DNA from: a virus
Taxonomy: Duplodnaviria; Caudoviricetes
Reading direction: 5' to 3' (one strand)
Virus record (IMG/VR): IMGVR_UViG_3300017909_004743
Coordinates: 1-37,087 of that record
DNA: 37,087 bases
Below are positions 20,301-29,362 of this stretch, in pieces. The notes beneath the pieces are model-generated. The model ran no database searches and had not been told where the DNA came from. It was given only the letters and a program-made list of their open reading frames with translations. Within the stretch, counting starts at the first letter, position 1; the number at the start of each line of letters is the position of its first letter. The position numbers were made by a program, and so were the translations under genes.

Positions 20301-23300
20301 GCATTTGTGGCAAATCCAATCTGAGCATCATTTATTTTGACAACAAACAGATCTGTTGGAAGCAGAGTTGTTGATCCAACGCTTCCACCAAAATCAGTTG
20401 TTACAATTCCAATTCTCTGATCAACACCAGTGATTGTATATTTAACTGCCTCACCACTTTGATAAAAATGATTTGGAAGTGAAATCTGGTTTGTTGTTGT
20501 ATCAACACCAGTTGTTGATGATCCATCAAACTGTCTTACAAAAATTGGATCACCATTATGATTAAGTTCAAATGATGTTCTGACACTTGACTTTGTACCA
20601 AAATAGTTTCCAGTCTGTGCTCTAAGATATCCATCATTAAGATCAATCTTGTTAAATGTCTCAGTTAGAGAAAGTTCTCTCAAGTCAACAAAGAATGATT
20701 TTACCTTTACAGCAATACCAGGATTTGGAGTATATGTAACCCTCACAAAATTTCCAGATGTAGAAACTCCAACAGTTCCAAGTGAGGAATTAGTCTCAAC
20801 AACACCATATGGAGTAATTCCTTGTGTTGGTATTGTTAGAGAATTAATAACTCCAATCTCAAACATCTCATAATCACCATTTGCGCTATCTTCAACTGTA
20901 ATAACTTGATAAGATGCACTGTACCTTTCAGATACACTTGCTGTATCATATTGAGATACAATATGTGCAGTTGGAGATCCAGAGGAAGCAATGGATGTAT
21001 ATGCACTACCAATTCTGGCAGTGTTCATAGTTGTAATACCTGGGAAGCTGGCAGAACCTGCTGTTGTAGTTACAATTTGACTGTATGATGTTGCTGCTAT
21101 TCCTACATTTGGGTGGAATTTAAGAAGGAGATCAGAACCACTTATTGCAGCACTATATGTTCCAATACCACCACCATAAAAAACATTTGAATTTTCATCA
21201 ATATTATTATATTCAACAAAACTTACCTCTGAACCATTATGAATAATATTCAGTTCAGCAAAATGATAGTCATCTCCTGATACCAAGAGATTTAAAACCT
21301 TCAGTGATCTGAAACTTGTTCCAACAGAGACAACATTCGTTGTAGTTCCAGTTGACACATTTACTTCTTGATTTTGATAATGAATAATATCACCAAATGA
21401 AGTTAATCCAGCACCAGTTGCTGTTGGTTCAAATGCAAATGAGAATGATGATACAAAATAGTTGTTTAATGCAAACTTAATTGGATGAAATTCAAAATTC
21501 CACTCTTCCTCTGTTATTGCAACATCAAAATGACCAAGATCAGGGAATGTATGCATCTTTGCATAACTTGTCAAATATGCAAATTCATCATCAACTATTG
21601 CTGTTGATACTTGGAATTGTCTTTCATCAGTAAATGTTGTATCTTGTACATAGAATAGTGATTTTACAAATTTGACCTCAGGAGTAAATTGAGAAATCTT
21701 AGAGAATGCCTCTTCCCTTTCATTACTATTAAATTCACCACTTACATCATCAACACTTAGCACCCTGTTACCTTTTGACTCAAAGTAATCAGTAAGAACT
21801 ATATTCTCAAAGAAAACTGTGTCTGAGACAGTCTCTCCATTAACATCAAATAGATTTTCTCTTGCAAGATCAAAGTCATGCCAACAGTTCAGATCACCTT
21901 CTCCAATACAATCAACAATTAATGACATCTCAGTATCATTAACATTTGGTGTTAAAGTCTGATCTTCGGTTTTGCTGATCACTTGTAGATCTGAGAATTT
22001 CTTAAATCCTGCAGTGTGATTTAGTGAACCAACTACATTATCCCATTTATCAAATGGAATTTCAGATTTAAGTGAATATGAAAATCTTTGATAATAATCA
22101 TTATTTGGCATTCTTTGTAGACTATCATTCAAGAAACCAGTTGATCTTGTCCAACCATAATTAACAGTTGTTCCAGCACCAGTTTTAATGTCTGCATCAA
22201 ATTCAAATTTCTTGACAACAATACCTCTTGTTCTTGATGAATCACCTATGATTAAATCATTAAGTTCAAGATCACTTGAAGTTTTGACCTTAAGAATATC
22301 AGTGTCTTCATTATAATCATCAACAACACCATTTAATCCTGAACCCCAACTTACAAATTCATCATTTGAAAACTTGTTCTTTCCAAGAACTGGTTGAAAC
22401 TTAGGAAGATGTTCATCTGGAATAACTCTTGCTCCTTCAAATGAAACAATATTTCCAGGAACTTCATTTACACCAAGATCATCTTTTAAAGAATATTCAA
22501 CATAAGCGCCTGCACCACCAGCATTTGTATTAACTCCTACAACCTCAAAAAGTTTGTGCTTGTATTGTTCTGAGTTATATCCTTTTCCTGTAGTTCCAAT
22601 GCCAATACTTATATTTTCAACATAAATATCTCCTCCAATAAAGAAAGGATATTCTTCATCACTGCTAAACTGATTCGTAAGACCCAATCTTACAGTTGTT
22701 CCAGTAAGAGTTACATCATTAATTAAAAATCCATTTGAATTATTAGTTGCAATGATTCTTGGTGAAGTTGGATAGAAACCTCTAGAGTTAACTACGATAT
22801 TAACCTCAGGATCACCTAATTGATAATTAATTTCACAATCAACGATCTCATTTGTTACTCCATCTCTAACAATTAGATTAGGTGCTACTAAGTAGTCTCT
22901 TCCAGATGTTGTAATTCCAATTCTCTCAAAAGATGCAAGTGGATTTATCTCAACTAATTCAGGTAAATTTGCTGTGGGTTTAAGAGTTTGATCAGTAGGA
23001 TAATTCCAACCAATGTTATTAGATTGGAACTTTTGATTTCTTATCTGACCAATTGATTTTGACTCAGCAAAAAGAATAGCACCAGTACCAATACCACTCC
23101 TTATTGAAGAAATACCTGGGATTGACTTATATCCATAATTATTATCAACTAATTCAACAAACTTAATTGGACCAAATGCATTTCTTGATGTTGTTTCATA
23201 CTCTGCCTCTGAAGTTGTCTTATCAAAAGAGGTGGTTAATGTAATATTGTCTAAATCAAAATCATAAGTGGTTGTTCCAATTCCAATAATTGTATGAGTT

Positions 23301-26300
23301 CCATCAAAGACAGAAATGGATTTAAATATAGTATTATTTGAAATTACATCTTCATCAATCACTATCTTTTTTTCATTTGTGATAAAAGCATTATTAACAT
23401 TTTCAAACTTATAATATAAAGAATTTGGCATATTCTTTATATTAAGTGTAAGTTCACCATCTGTTCCAACAACTCCTGATGTTTGTACTTCAAAATCAGA
23501 ACTTTGTGATGTGAGGAATTGATTAATGAATAATGAATCACTAAATATCTTCATTTCAAATGCAGGATATTTAATTGAATTTGAAACAAATGATAATGAA
23601 GGATCAGACAAATCAAATTTTATATTTGATGATGCTTGAATTGCAGGATTAATTTTTGCAATGGTTCCAATACCTGCAGAAGTAATATCTACAAAATTTG
23701 GCGAAATTTTATCAAGTTCAAATTTCTCTTCAACAAGTTTAATTTTTGTTGGGGTATCCATATAAACATAATACATCTTTTCATTCACCAATCCACCTGA
23801 AGGTGTTCCTGAGGTATGAATGATTTTATCACCTGTTTTAAAAATGCTAGTGGTGACACCAATTGTATTCAGAGTTGTATCAACATCAGATGCAGAAAAT
23901 GTTTGTGGATCAAAAACAATCCTTCTATTAAAATCATTATACTTGACTACAATTATTTGTTGATTTGTAGCGTTCAATTTGAATGTGACTTGATCATCAA
24001 CAAAAAGACCATGTGAACTTGCTGTAGATACAGTAACCTTTGTTCTTTCTGCTTTTGCAGTTATGACATTATCAAAATCTGACTTTAAACTATGATACTC
24101 ACCTGTACCAATACCAGTGAAGTAATAAAGTCCTACAGTATTGTCAACAAGTCCAAGATAACCAGAAGTTGTCATTCCAACTTTGTTAGAAGATAATCCA
24201 ATAAAGTCCCTATTGAATGGTGCAACATAAAGTGGTGAAATTGTATCAAGTGTTGTTTTAGCAACACCTGCTTTACCATTCCAAACTTCAATAGAAGAAC
24301 CTGTATTTGTTTTATAGTTTACAACATCATTTACTTTAAAATTATGATTTGGTGAATACAGTTGTTGTTCAGGTACAAAAATGTTTGTTATACCAGCACC
24401 AGGATTTGAGAATGTAATAGTTTTTCCAGCACCAATAGTTGTTTCACTGCCAATACCTAATGCTTCATTTGGATCAAAATAAAATTCAGTATTGATGTTT
24501 AAAACTTTAGTTGTTTTAAGTGCCCCAACATTAATAGCAAATGATCTTGGATCCTGGAAGAGTTTAACATTACCTGTATGAGCAGCACCAATTGTACCAT
24601 TTTGTGCTCTAAGAACTCTTACTCTGTTATTGAGAGGATCACTGTTTAAAACTTTTACCTTTTCAGATTCAATATCAATAATATCATTTGGTCTCATGAA
24701 TGGATATTGAAAAGCACCACCAACACTAAAGTAAGTTACAATACCAGTTTGATTTGAAGTTCCAATATTGTCAAGAAGAACATAAGAACCAGTGTTTATT
24801 CCAATATTGTAATACTTGTCAAGTCCATCAAAATGTTCTGAAAGACCAGAAATTTTCATCCTAGTATTATTTAAAAGATTATGAGGTGAAGTCATAAAAC
24901 CAACAAACTTGTTGGGAGCACCTACATTTAAGAACTCAATATTTGAAAAAACAGTAGTTTCAATATCAACATTATTTACTGTTTTCCCACCAATCTTAGT
25001 AATCTTTCCTCTAGCAGTTTTACCATTAGTATCACCTTTAAAAACAACTCTTTCATCAACTTTGTAATTTGATCCTCCAGTTAAAATACCAACTGAATCA
25101 ACACTACCTTTAGAAACACCAGTAATTTCTATTACTTGTTCTTTAATATTATTAGAGTTAAAAATATAATCATACCCACCAAATTTTGAATTAATCTTGT
25201 ATGGGGTAGTAATTCTTCTCCAGTTATTTTTAACCAAATCATATTCTATATGATTTGATGTTTTCTTAAAGTTAAAATCATTTGGTTTATGTTGGAATGT
25301 ATTTCCAATCAAATAGGGAAACTGTGGTTTTCTAAAGTTTTTGAAAGGACCAACACTTTCTGGTGTTTGTTGGAAAGTTGAAAAATATACAAAAGTACCA
25401 TTGGGATATTCTGGTGTGACACAGAATCTGCCATTTGATTCATTTAAATCACCCAAACCAGTAAAATTGTAATCCTCAACAAAGAAACCAAGAGGATACT
25501 TGTTTAGGGGGGGTCTACTTGCTTTAACTTCTGCTTGATAACCAGAAACCATTCTTCTAACAGAACCACCATCTGCTTTATCATATCCAAATGGACCATA
25601 TATTGGAGAACCATCATATGCCCATCCAATAATTGGAGAGTGGTACTTGGAGTCAGATTCTAATCCATTCTTAATTATTAAATCAGGATGTTGATATTGT
25701 TTTTCTTTATTTGATTTATTTCCATATACTACAGTTCTTAAATTTCTAGGAGCATATAAGTGAGCAAGTTGCGTTGTATTATCAATTGATCCTGTTGTAA
25801 TTACACAATCATCATCAGTAAGTTTATTAAATTTTTGTTCAAGTTTATTTACTGTCCACTGATTTATATTTGCAGTAATAGATCCATCATTACCTGATGG
25901 TAAAATGGTGATTAATGAATCACTTTTATATTCAATTCCACCTGATACAACAATTACAGATTTAATTGATCCGTTTTCAATAATTGGAGTAAGTTTGCAA
26001 TACTTTCCATGAGATACACTTATATGTGGAGGCGAGTTGTATCCAGTTCCACCATTGTTTACAATAATTTCAGTAATAGTTCCATTTTCAACAACTGGTG
26101 TAAGTTGTGCATCAGCACCACTATTCAGGGTAATATTTGGTTTTCTATCAAAGTTTAAGATTTCAGAAGAACCATAACCAACACCTTCATTTGATACGTT
26201 TGCGCTTGTGATGGTTCCTCTAAAGATTGGTTGAACAGTGCAATTAATTTCTTGACCAAATGAAGTGTTTACACCTGTCAAACCACTAACTGTAACAGTA

Positions 26301-29300
26301 ATTGGTTTATAATTAAAATATCCTGTGCCTGTTGATGTAATATTTACAGGAATATTATTATCAATATAATATCTTCTATCTAATGATCCATTTCCTAACT
26401 CATAAAGATAAAAACTATCATCATCAATCTTTCTTACAAAATAATCAGTTTGAGATGATATTCCAGTTATTGAAGATGAATTTGGCGTATATCTAATAAT
26501 CTCATCAGTGCTATATCCATGATCTTCAATAGTAAATTTATTCAATGATGTATTGATTCCAGCAGCAGTAATGGTTCTCTCTTGATTCTTATATTCAGAA
26601 CCAGGATTTGAGACAATGATACTGCTTACAACTTTCTTTCCCTCAACTGTAGAGAATGTTTGTAAACCATTTCCAACAGATGTTAAACTTACAGTGTTAA
26701 TTCCTGTATTGGCTTCATCAAAGGATGAAAACAACTTAATTCTTGTACCATCAACAACTTTTGCAAAATAAGTTTGATTAGTTCCTAATCCAGAAACAGG
26801 ATTTCTAGTTGCATCATATGTGACTTGTTCAATATCTCTTAAGTTGTGAAATGTTGTAAAACCAATAATGTCATTTGTTAAATCAACACCACCATCTAAA
26901 TTATTGTAAACAATACCTGCTTGAAAAGAAATTTTATGATCAATCTCAGTAAGATTTACTTTTGCTTCTGCAGGAACAGTAGGACTTCCGCCATCAATAT
27001 TAACTACAGGAGTCTCTAAGAAGTCAAGTCCCTTATTAACAATTCTCAGTTCTGATAAAGATCCAGATACTGTTACTGTTCCTGTAGCGCCAGTGCCTGA
27101 ACTATCTGTAACACTGATAATTGGTGGGTTAATTACATCATAGTCTTTACCATTACTAGAAACATCAAATGATTTTATTCCGCCATAAAATATAATATCA
27201 GATGATTTATAGTTTTCAATTTCTACACCATTAATCAACACACCTGTTTTTCCAGGTTTTGTTGTAAAAACACCCGCCTCTTGAATTGGGTTATCAATTT
27301 CTCTGTAAATTTTTTGAGAAGAAAGTGGTTTTTCATAAAAAGGATGATATGTAAATTTATTATCAATAACAGATCCTTCAGGAATAATAAACTTATTATT
27401 TGATAAGTCTGCCTTACTTTTCGCTAACTTTATACTAAAAGCATTCTCTCTTTTTACAAAATAAACACCCTCATTCACATTAGTAAATTTACTCAAAGTA
27501 GTATCAGTAAATGTGATACCATCACTAATAGTTGTGGTTACAATAGTATTTGCATTATAATAAACAGCATCACCACTAAAGAGACCATGATCTGAACTTG
27601 TGGAAATTGTTAAAACATCATGGGTTGCACTACCAGTGAATGTAAAAACTTTGTCATCACATCTAATTTCATCTTCATAGTTTGGAACACTATTTGATGC
27701 AATTAAATATTTTGAACCATTCCTATAGTATGCATTAAGAACATTCGCATTAAATTCACCAATTGATAATTCTGATGAGTTGCCTTTTAATAATTGATTC
27801 TCAAGTGTAAATGTATTAGACAAAGTGGAAGATGGGATTGTAGATTCCATCTTTACATATAAAATTCTATTAGAATCAACAGATGTTATCTCACCAAACT
27901 TTGCTACATTTAAAGTTTTATCAGTTATCTCAATTTTATAACCAACATAAAAATTATGATCTTCAAAAAATTCAACTTGATAAGCATTGCTACTTGGATT
28001 TGCAAGAGTTAGTTTTTTTATGTCTAACCTTGATTTTACATTATAGAACCATTCAGATCTAAATGTATTATCCTCAATACCAATAGTCTTTAAACTAATT
28101 CTATCACCAACATTAAAACCAAAATTTTGCTCATTATATTCAATGTTTTTTAGAGTAGAAAGAATTCTTACTCTTATTTGACTTTCTGTTCCTACACCAA
28201 CATTTGAATATGAATAATCATTTTTCCTTACATCAATACCCTTAGAGAAAGTGCTAGTTGTGGGAGTGAGGCCAATAAATTGTGTAAGATTTTTATCTGT
28301 ATAGTTGATTAAATTTAAATCACCATTAGTATCAATAAGCGCAAGAGAACCTGACTTTGGAAAATCAACAGTTGAATCAACATCAATAATTGTTGCACCA
28401 ACACTAACATCATTAAGTAATCTTGTTTTTGGGTTAGGTTCAAACTTACCATAGATTGTTCCATCAACATCAATATCTCTTTGATATCCAGTATCAATTG
28501 AGACTTGATAGAAATCACCATCTACATTTATTTTTTCAACTTTTGTTACAGTCCCCCTTGCATTTGTTGAATTTTGATATATTGTTCTGTTCTTTAAATC
28601 AAGTGGATCACCATAATACTTCTCTACAACATAATCTTGACTTACAACATAGTTTGCATCAGATGATCTGATAAGCAAATCATTAGGTTTGATAATATCA
28701 ACATCAACTCCATAGATTGCTTTGAAGAGAATCTTAAATGATTCATCAGTTCCTTTTGACTTATAAAAACTATCAGCACCAAGTAAAAAAGTTTTTTGAT
28801 CTAAATCATCTGCAAAACTTCTATTTTCAAATCCAGGAGTAATTTGAGTTTTTAATTTTGTAAAAAATTCTTGTAAGAAAAGAATACTTAAATTCTTAAC
28901 TGTAGCGTTTGCTTTGTGTGATGCTGCTACTGATGTTGTAAATGTTTGCTTATCTGGAGTAAGAGTATTAATATACTGTGTGACCCCACTGAAACCCCTT
29001 ACACACCCCTCTAAGGTGGTTGCAGTCTTAGTGCTATACTTTATAATCTCATCATCTATTTGAATCAGACCATTTTTTTCAGGGAATCCATATGTGAAAT
29101 TGGTGTCTGCAGATAAAGGAATTGATGTCACATTGACATTAATGTCACTTGATAGTGTTCCTTCAGTTTTTAAGTTAGTAAGTTCATCAACTTTGACATA
29201 CTTATCAAGATTTTCAATCAGGTCAAGAACACCACCTTTTGTTTCTTGAGAGACATAATATTCTTCTAAGAAATTTACAAGTAAAGGAAAATCATCCTGA

Positions 29301-29359
29301 ACATAGGAAGGGATCTGGGATGATAATACATCCTGAAGTTGTACTCTATCTACCGCCAT
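17375..29359 (-). CDS. gp7: Giant baseplate wedge initiator gp7-like protein (3994 aa)
   Basis: Lies between gp6 and gp8. N-terminal QIPSYVQDDFP..FLEEYY and FYKSKGTDESFKILFK, plus DNDYYQ-like NNDYYQRFSYSLKS...LNHTAGFKKF motifs. Contains a YHYH-like segment and many GxGY repeats. Confidence 0.82.
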   Translation of the reverse strand: MAVDRVQLQDVLSSQIPSYVQDDFPLLVNFLEEYYVSQETKGGVLDLIENLDKYVKVDELTNLKTEGTLSSDINVNVTSIPLSADTNFTYGFPEKNGLIQIDDEIIKYSTKTATTLEGCVRGFSGVTQYINTLTPDKQTFTTSVAASHKANATVKNLSILFLQEFFTKLKTQITPGFENRSFADDLDQKTFLLGADSFYKSKGTDESFKILFKAIYGVDVDIIKPNDLLIRSSDANYVVSQDYVVEKYYGDPLDLKNRTIYQNSTNARGTVTKVEKINVDGDFYQVSIDTGYQRDIDVDGTIYGKFEPNPKTRLLNDVSVGATIIDVDSTVDFPKSGSLALIDTNGDLNLINYTDKNLTQFIGLTPTTSTFSKGIDVRKNDYSYSNVGVGTESQIRVRILSTLKNIEYNEQNFGFNVGDRISLKTIGIEDNTFRSEWFYNVKSRLDIKKLTLANPSSNAYQVEFFEDHNFYVGYKIEITDKTLNVAKFGEITSVDSNRILYVKMESTIPSSTLSNTFTLENQLLKGNSSELSIGEFNANVLNAYYRNGSKYLIASNSVPNYEDEIRCDDKVFTFTGSATHDVLTISTSSDHGLFSGDAVYYNANTIVTTTISDGITFTDTTLSKFTNVNEGVYFVKRENAFSIKLAKSKADLSNNKFIIPEGSVIDNKFTYHPFYEKPLSSQKIYREIDNPIQEAGVFTTKPGKTGVLINGVEIENYKSSDIIFYGGIKSFDVSSNGKDYDVINPPIISVTDSSGTGATGTVTVSGSLSELRIVNKGLDFLETPVVNIDGGSPTVPAEAKVNLTEIDHKISFQAGIVYNNLDGGVDLTNDIIGFTTFHNLRDIEQVTYDATRNPVSGLGTNQTYFAKVVDGTRIKLFSSFDEANTGINTVSLTSVGNGLQTFSTVEGKKVVSSIIVSNPGSEYKNQERTITAAGINTSLNKFTIEDHGYSTDEIIRYTPNSSSITGISSQTDYFVRKIDDDSFYLYELGNGSLDRRYYIDNNIPVNITSTGTGYFNYKPITVTVSGLTGVNTSFGQEINCTVQPIFRGTITSANVSNEGVGYGSSEILNFDRKPNITLNSGADAQLTPVVENGTITEIIVNNGGTGYNSPPHISVSHGKYCKLTPIIENGSIKSVIVVSGGIEYKSDSLITILPSGNDGSITANINQWTVNKLEQKFNKLTDDDCVITTGSIDNTTQLAHLYAPRNLRTVVYGNKSNKEKQYQHPDLIIKNGLESDSKYHSPIIGWAYDGSPIYGPFGYDKADGGSVRRMVSGYQAEVKASRPPLNKYPLGFFVEDYNFTGLGDLNESNGRFCVTPEYPNGTFVYFSTFQQTPESVGPFKNFRKPQFPYLIGNTFQHKPNDFNFKKTSNHIEYDLVKNNWRRITTPYKINSKFGGYDYIFNSNNIKEQVIEITGVSKGSVDSVGILTGGSNYKVDERVVFKGDTNGKTARGKITKIGGKTVNNVDIETTVFSNIEFLNVGAPNKFVGFMTSPHNLLNNTRMKISGLSEHFDGLDKYYNIGINTGSYVLLDNIGTSNQTGIVTYFSVGGAFQYPFMRPNDIIDIESEKVKVLNSDPLNNRVRVLRAQNGTIGAAHTGNVKLFQDPRSFAINVGALKTTKVLNINTEFYFDPNEALGIGSETTIGAGKTITFSNPGAGITNIFVPEQQLYSPNHNFKVNDVVNYKTNTGSSIEVWNGKAGVAKTTLDTISPLYVAPFNRDFIGLSSNKVGMTTSGYLGLVDNTVGLYYFTGIGTGEYHSLKSDFDNVITAKAERTKVTVSTASSHGLFVDDQVTFKLNATNQQIIVVKYNDFNRRIVFDPQTFSASDVDTTLNTIGVTTSIFKTGDKIIHTSGTPSGGLVNEKMYYVYMDTPTKIKLVEEKFELDKISPNFVDITSAGIGTIAKINPAIQASSNIKFDLSDPSLSFVSNSIKYPAFEMKIFSDSLFINQFLTSQSSDFEVQTSGVVGTDGELTLNIKNMPNSLYYKFENVNNAFITNEKKIVIDEDVISNNTIFKSISVFDGTHTIIGIGTTTYDFDLDNITLTTSFDKTTSEAEYETTSRNAFGPIKFVELVDNNYGYKSIPGISSIRSGIGTGAILFAESKSIGQIRNQKFQSNNIGWNYPTDQTLKPTANLPELVEINPLASFERIGITTSGRDYLVAPNLIVRDGVTNEIVDCEINYQLGDPEVNIVVNSRGFYPTSPRIIATNNSNGFLINDVTLTGTTVRLGLTNQFSSDEEYPFFIGGDIYVENISIGIGTTGKGYNSEQYKHKLFEVVGVNTNAGGAGAYVEYSLKDDLGVNEVPGNIVSFEGARVIPDEHLPKFQPVLGKNKFSNDEFVSWGSGLNGVVDDYNEDTDILKVKTSSDLELNDLIIGDSSRTRGIVVKKFEFDADIKTGAGTTVNYGWTRSTGFLNDSLQRMPNNDYYQRFSYSLKSEIPFDKWDNVVGSLNHTAGFKKFSDLQVISKTEDQTLTPNVNDTEMSLIVDCIGEGDLNCWHDFDLARENLFDVNGETVSDTVFFENIVLTDYFESKGNRVLSVDDVSGEFNSNEREEAFSKISQFTPEVKFVKSLFYVQDTTFTDERQFQVSTAIVDDEFAYLTSYAKMHTFPDLGHFDVAITEEEWNFEFHPIKFALNNYFVSSFSFAFEPTATGAGLTSFGDIIHYQNQEVNVSTGTTTNVVSVGTSFRSLKVLNLLVSGDDYHFAELNIIHNGSEVSFVEYNNIDENSNVFYGGGIGTYSAAISGSDLLLKFHPNVGIAATSYSQIVTTTAGSASFPGITTMNTARIGSAYTSIASSGSPTAHIVSQYDTASVSERYSASYQVITVEDSANGDYEMFEIGVINSLTIPTQGITPYGVVETNSSLGTVGVSTSGNFVRVTYTPNPGIAVKVKSFFVDLRELSLTETFNKIDLNDGYLRAQTGNYFGTKSSVRTSFELNHNGDPIFVRQFDGSSTTGVDTTTNQISLPNHFYQSGEAVKYTITGVDQRIGIVTTDFGGSVGSTTLLPTDLFVVKINDAQIGFATNATDAQAINPTLVQFTNVGVGNSHFITATKQNTKALVSIDNMIQAPIAKTGIAATLSNDIIFETNFATSGIVTIASNDIVKIDDEFMRVTSITGSGTTIFVERPILGSVIGPHTGGSTIEKFVGNYTITGNTINFVDAPYGNIPLGTSTNPPDERDFTGISTRSTFHARVFTKRGVEESTTETYSTNFVIDDISQEFTGVASNFTLKSDGVNVSGITSNTIMLVNNIFQSPQGVQAEEIGEYQNFESSGVTTTRFTAGLGTPTGYDQNIGGLPTGGMIVSVGSFEGFGYQPLVAAGGTAIISAGGTVQSISIGNSGSGYRTGVVTAYNVGVQTYAGVLPVLTHIGTATVSNGHVTGFNITNGGVGFTSSNPPVVVIDEPLSYEDIPLVYSSSSSGVGTEASINIKVGQGSSIIEFEINDFGYGFKKTEVLTVPVGGATGIPTNSSASFSEFQITIQDVYSDSFNAFTPGEFQVLDRIDDLFDGSKKVFPLKLQNEPISIRAARESNIEVDQTILVFINDILQVPNISYTFEGGSQITFNEAPNGPGSGIPDGDTSRILFYKGVGASDVVFRDNEQTIKIGDSVELNADIDGGQSIIFDEDKRVVTGITTIDAVQTNLYHGPGLSDVRTLTRPLTWCKQTIDRRIDGQFVGKDRLKYEPAIFPAAYLTSSVGIGSTQAYVDTVRPLFNIANESSNRVFQNSVTLISQDPTSDATATATVSTGGTITSITLTNGGSGYNFTPTVTIAGIGTLGTQATATASVTAGVVTSVTITNGGTNYTTQPLVFIQPPRITKEVINVDSYTGDYGVIVGVGSTTVGAQKQLFFDTYIPTDSFMRDVSVVGTAVTLSNVQSGDHIVIKDTFLSIGSTFASEVGVANTFLDCVYKVGSASTEMVKVYNENSAGITTAVMRIRCNVDTFGPGIAHTVRPFMGNYSWGKIIFKERTNTKTFDAHNSNGVTGISTAGLVQRSASLKFKDYT

Positions 29360-29362
29360 TTC

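Noticed and set aside
8178-29359. Inteins, introns or frameshifts explaining the giant genes
   Set aside because: Frames are continuous and I recognised no Hint, LAGLIDADG or HNH motifs. Very large gp7 and VrlC-like proteins are normal in cyanomyoviruses.
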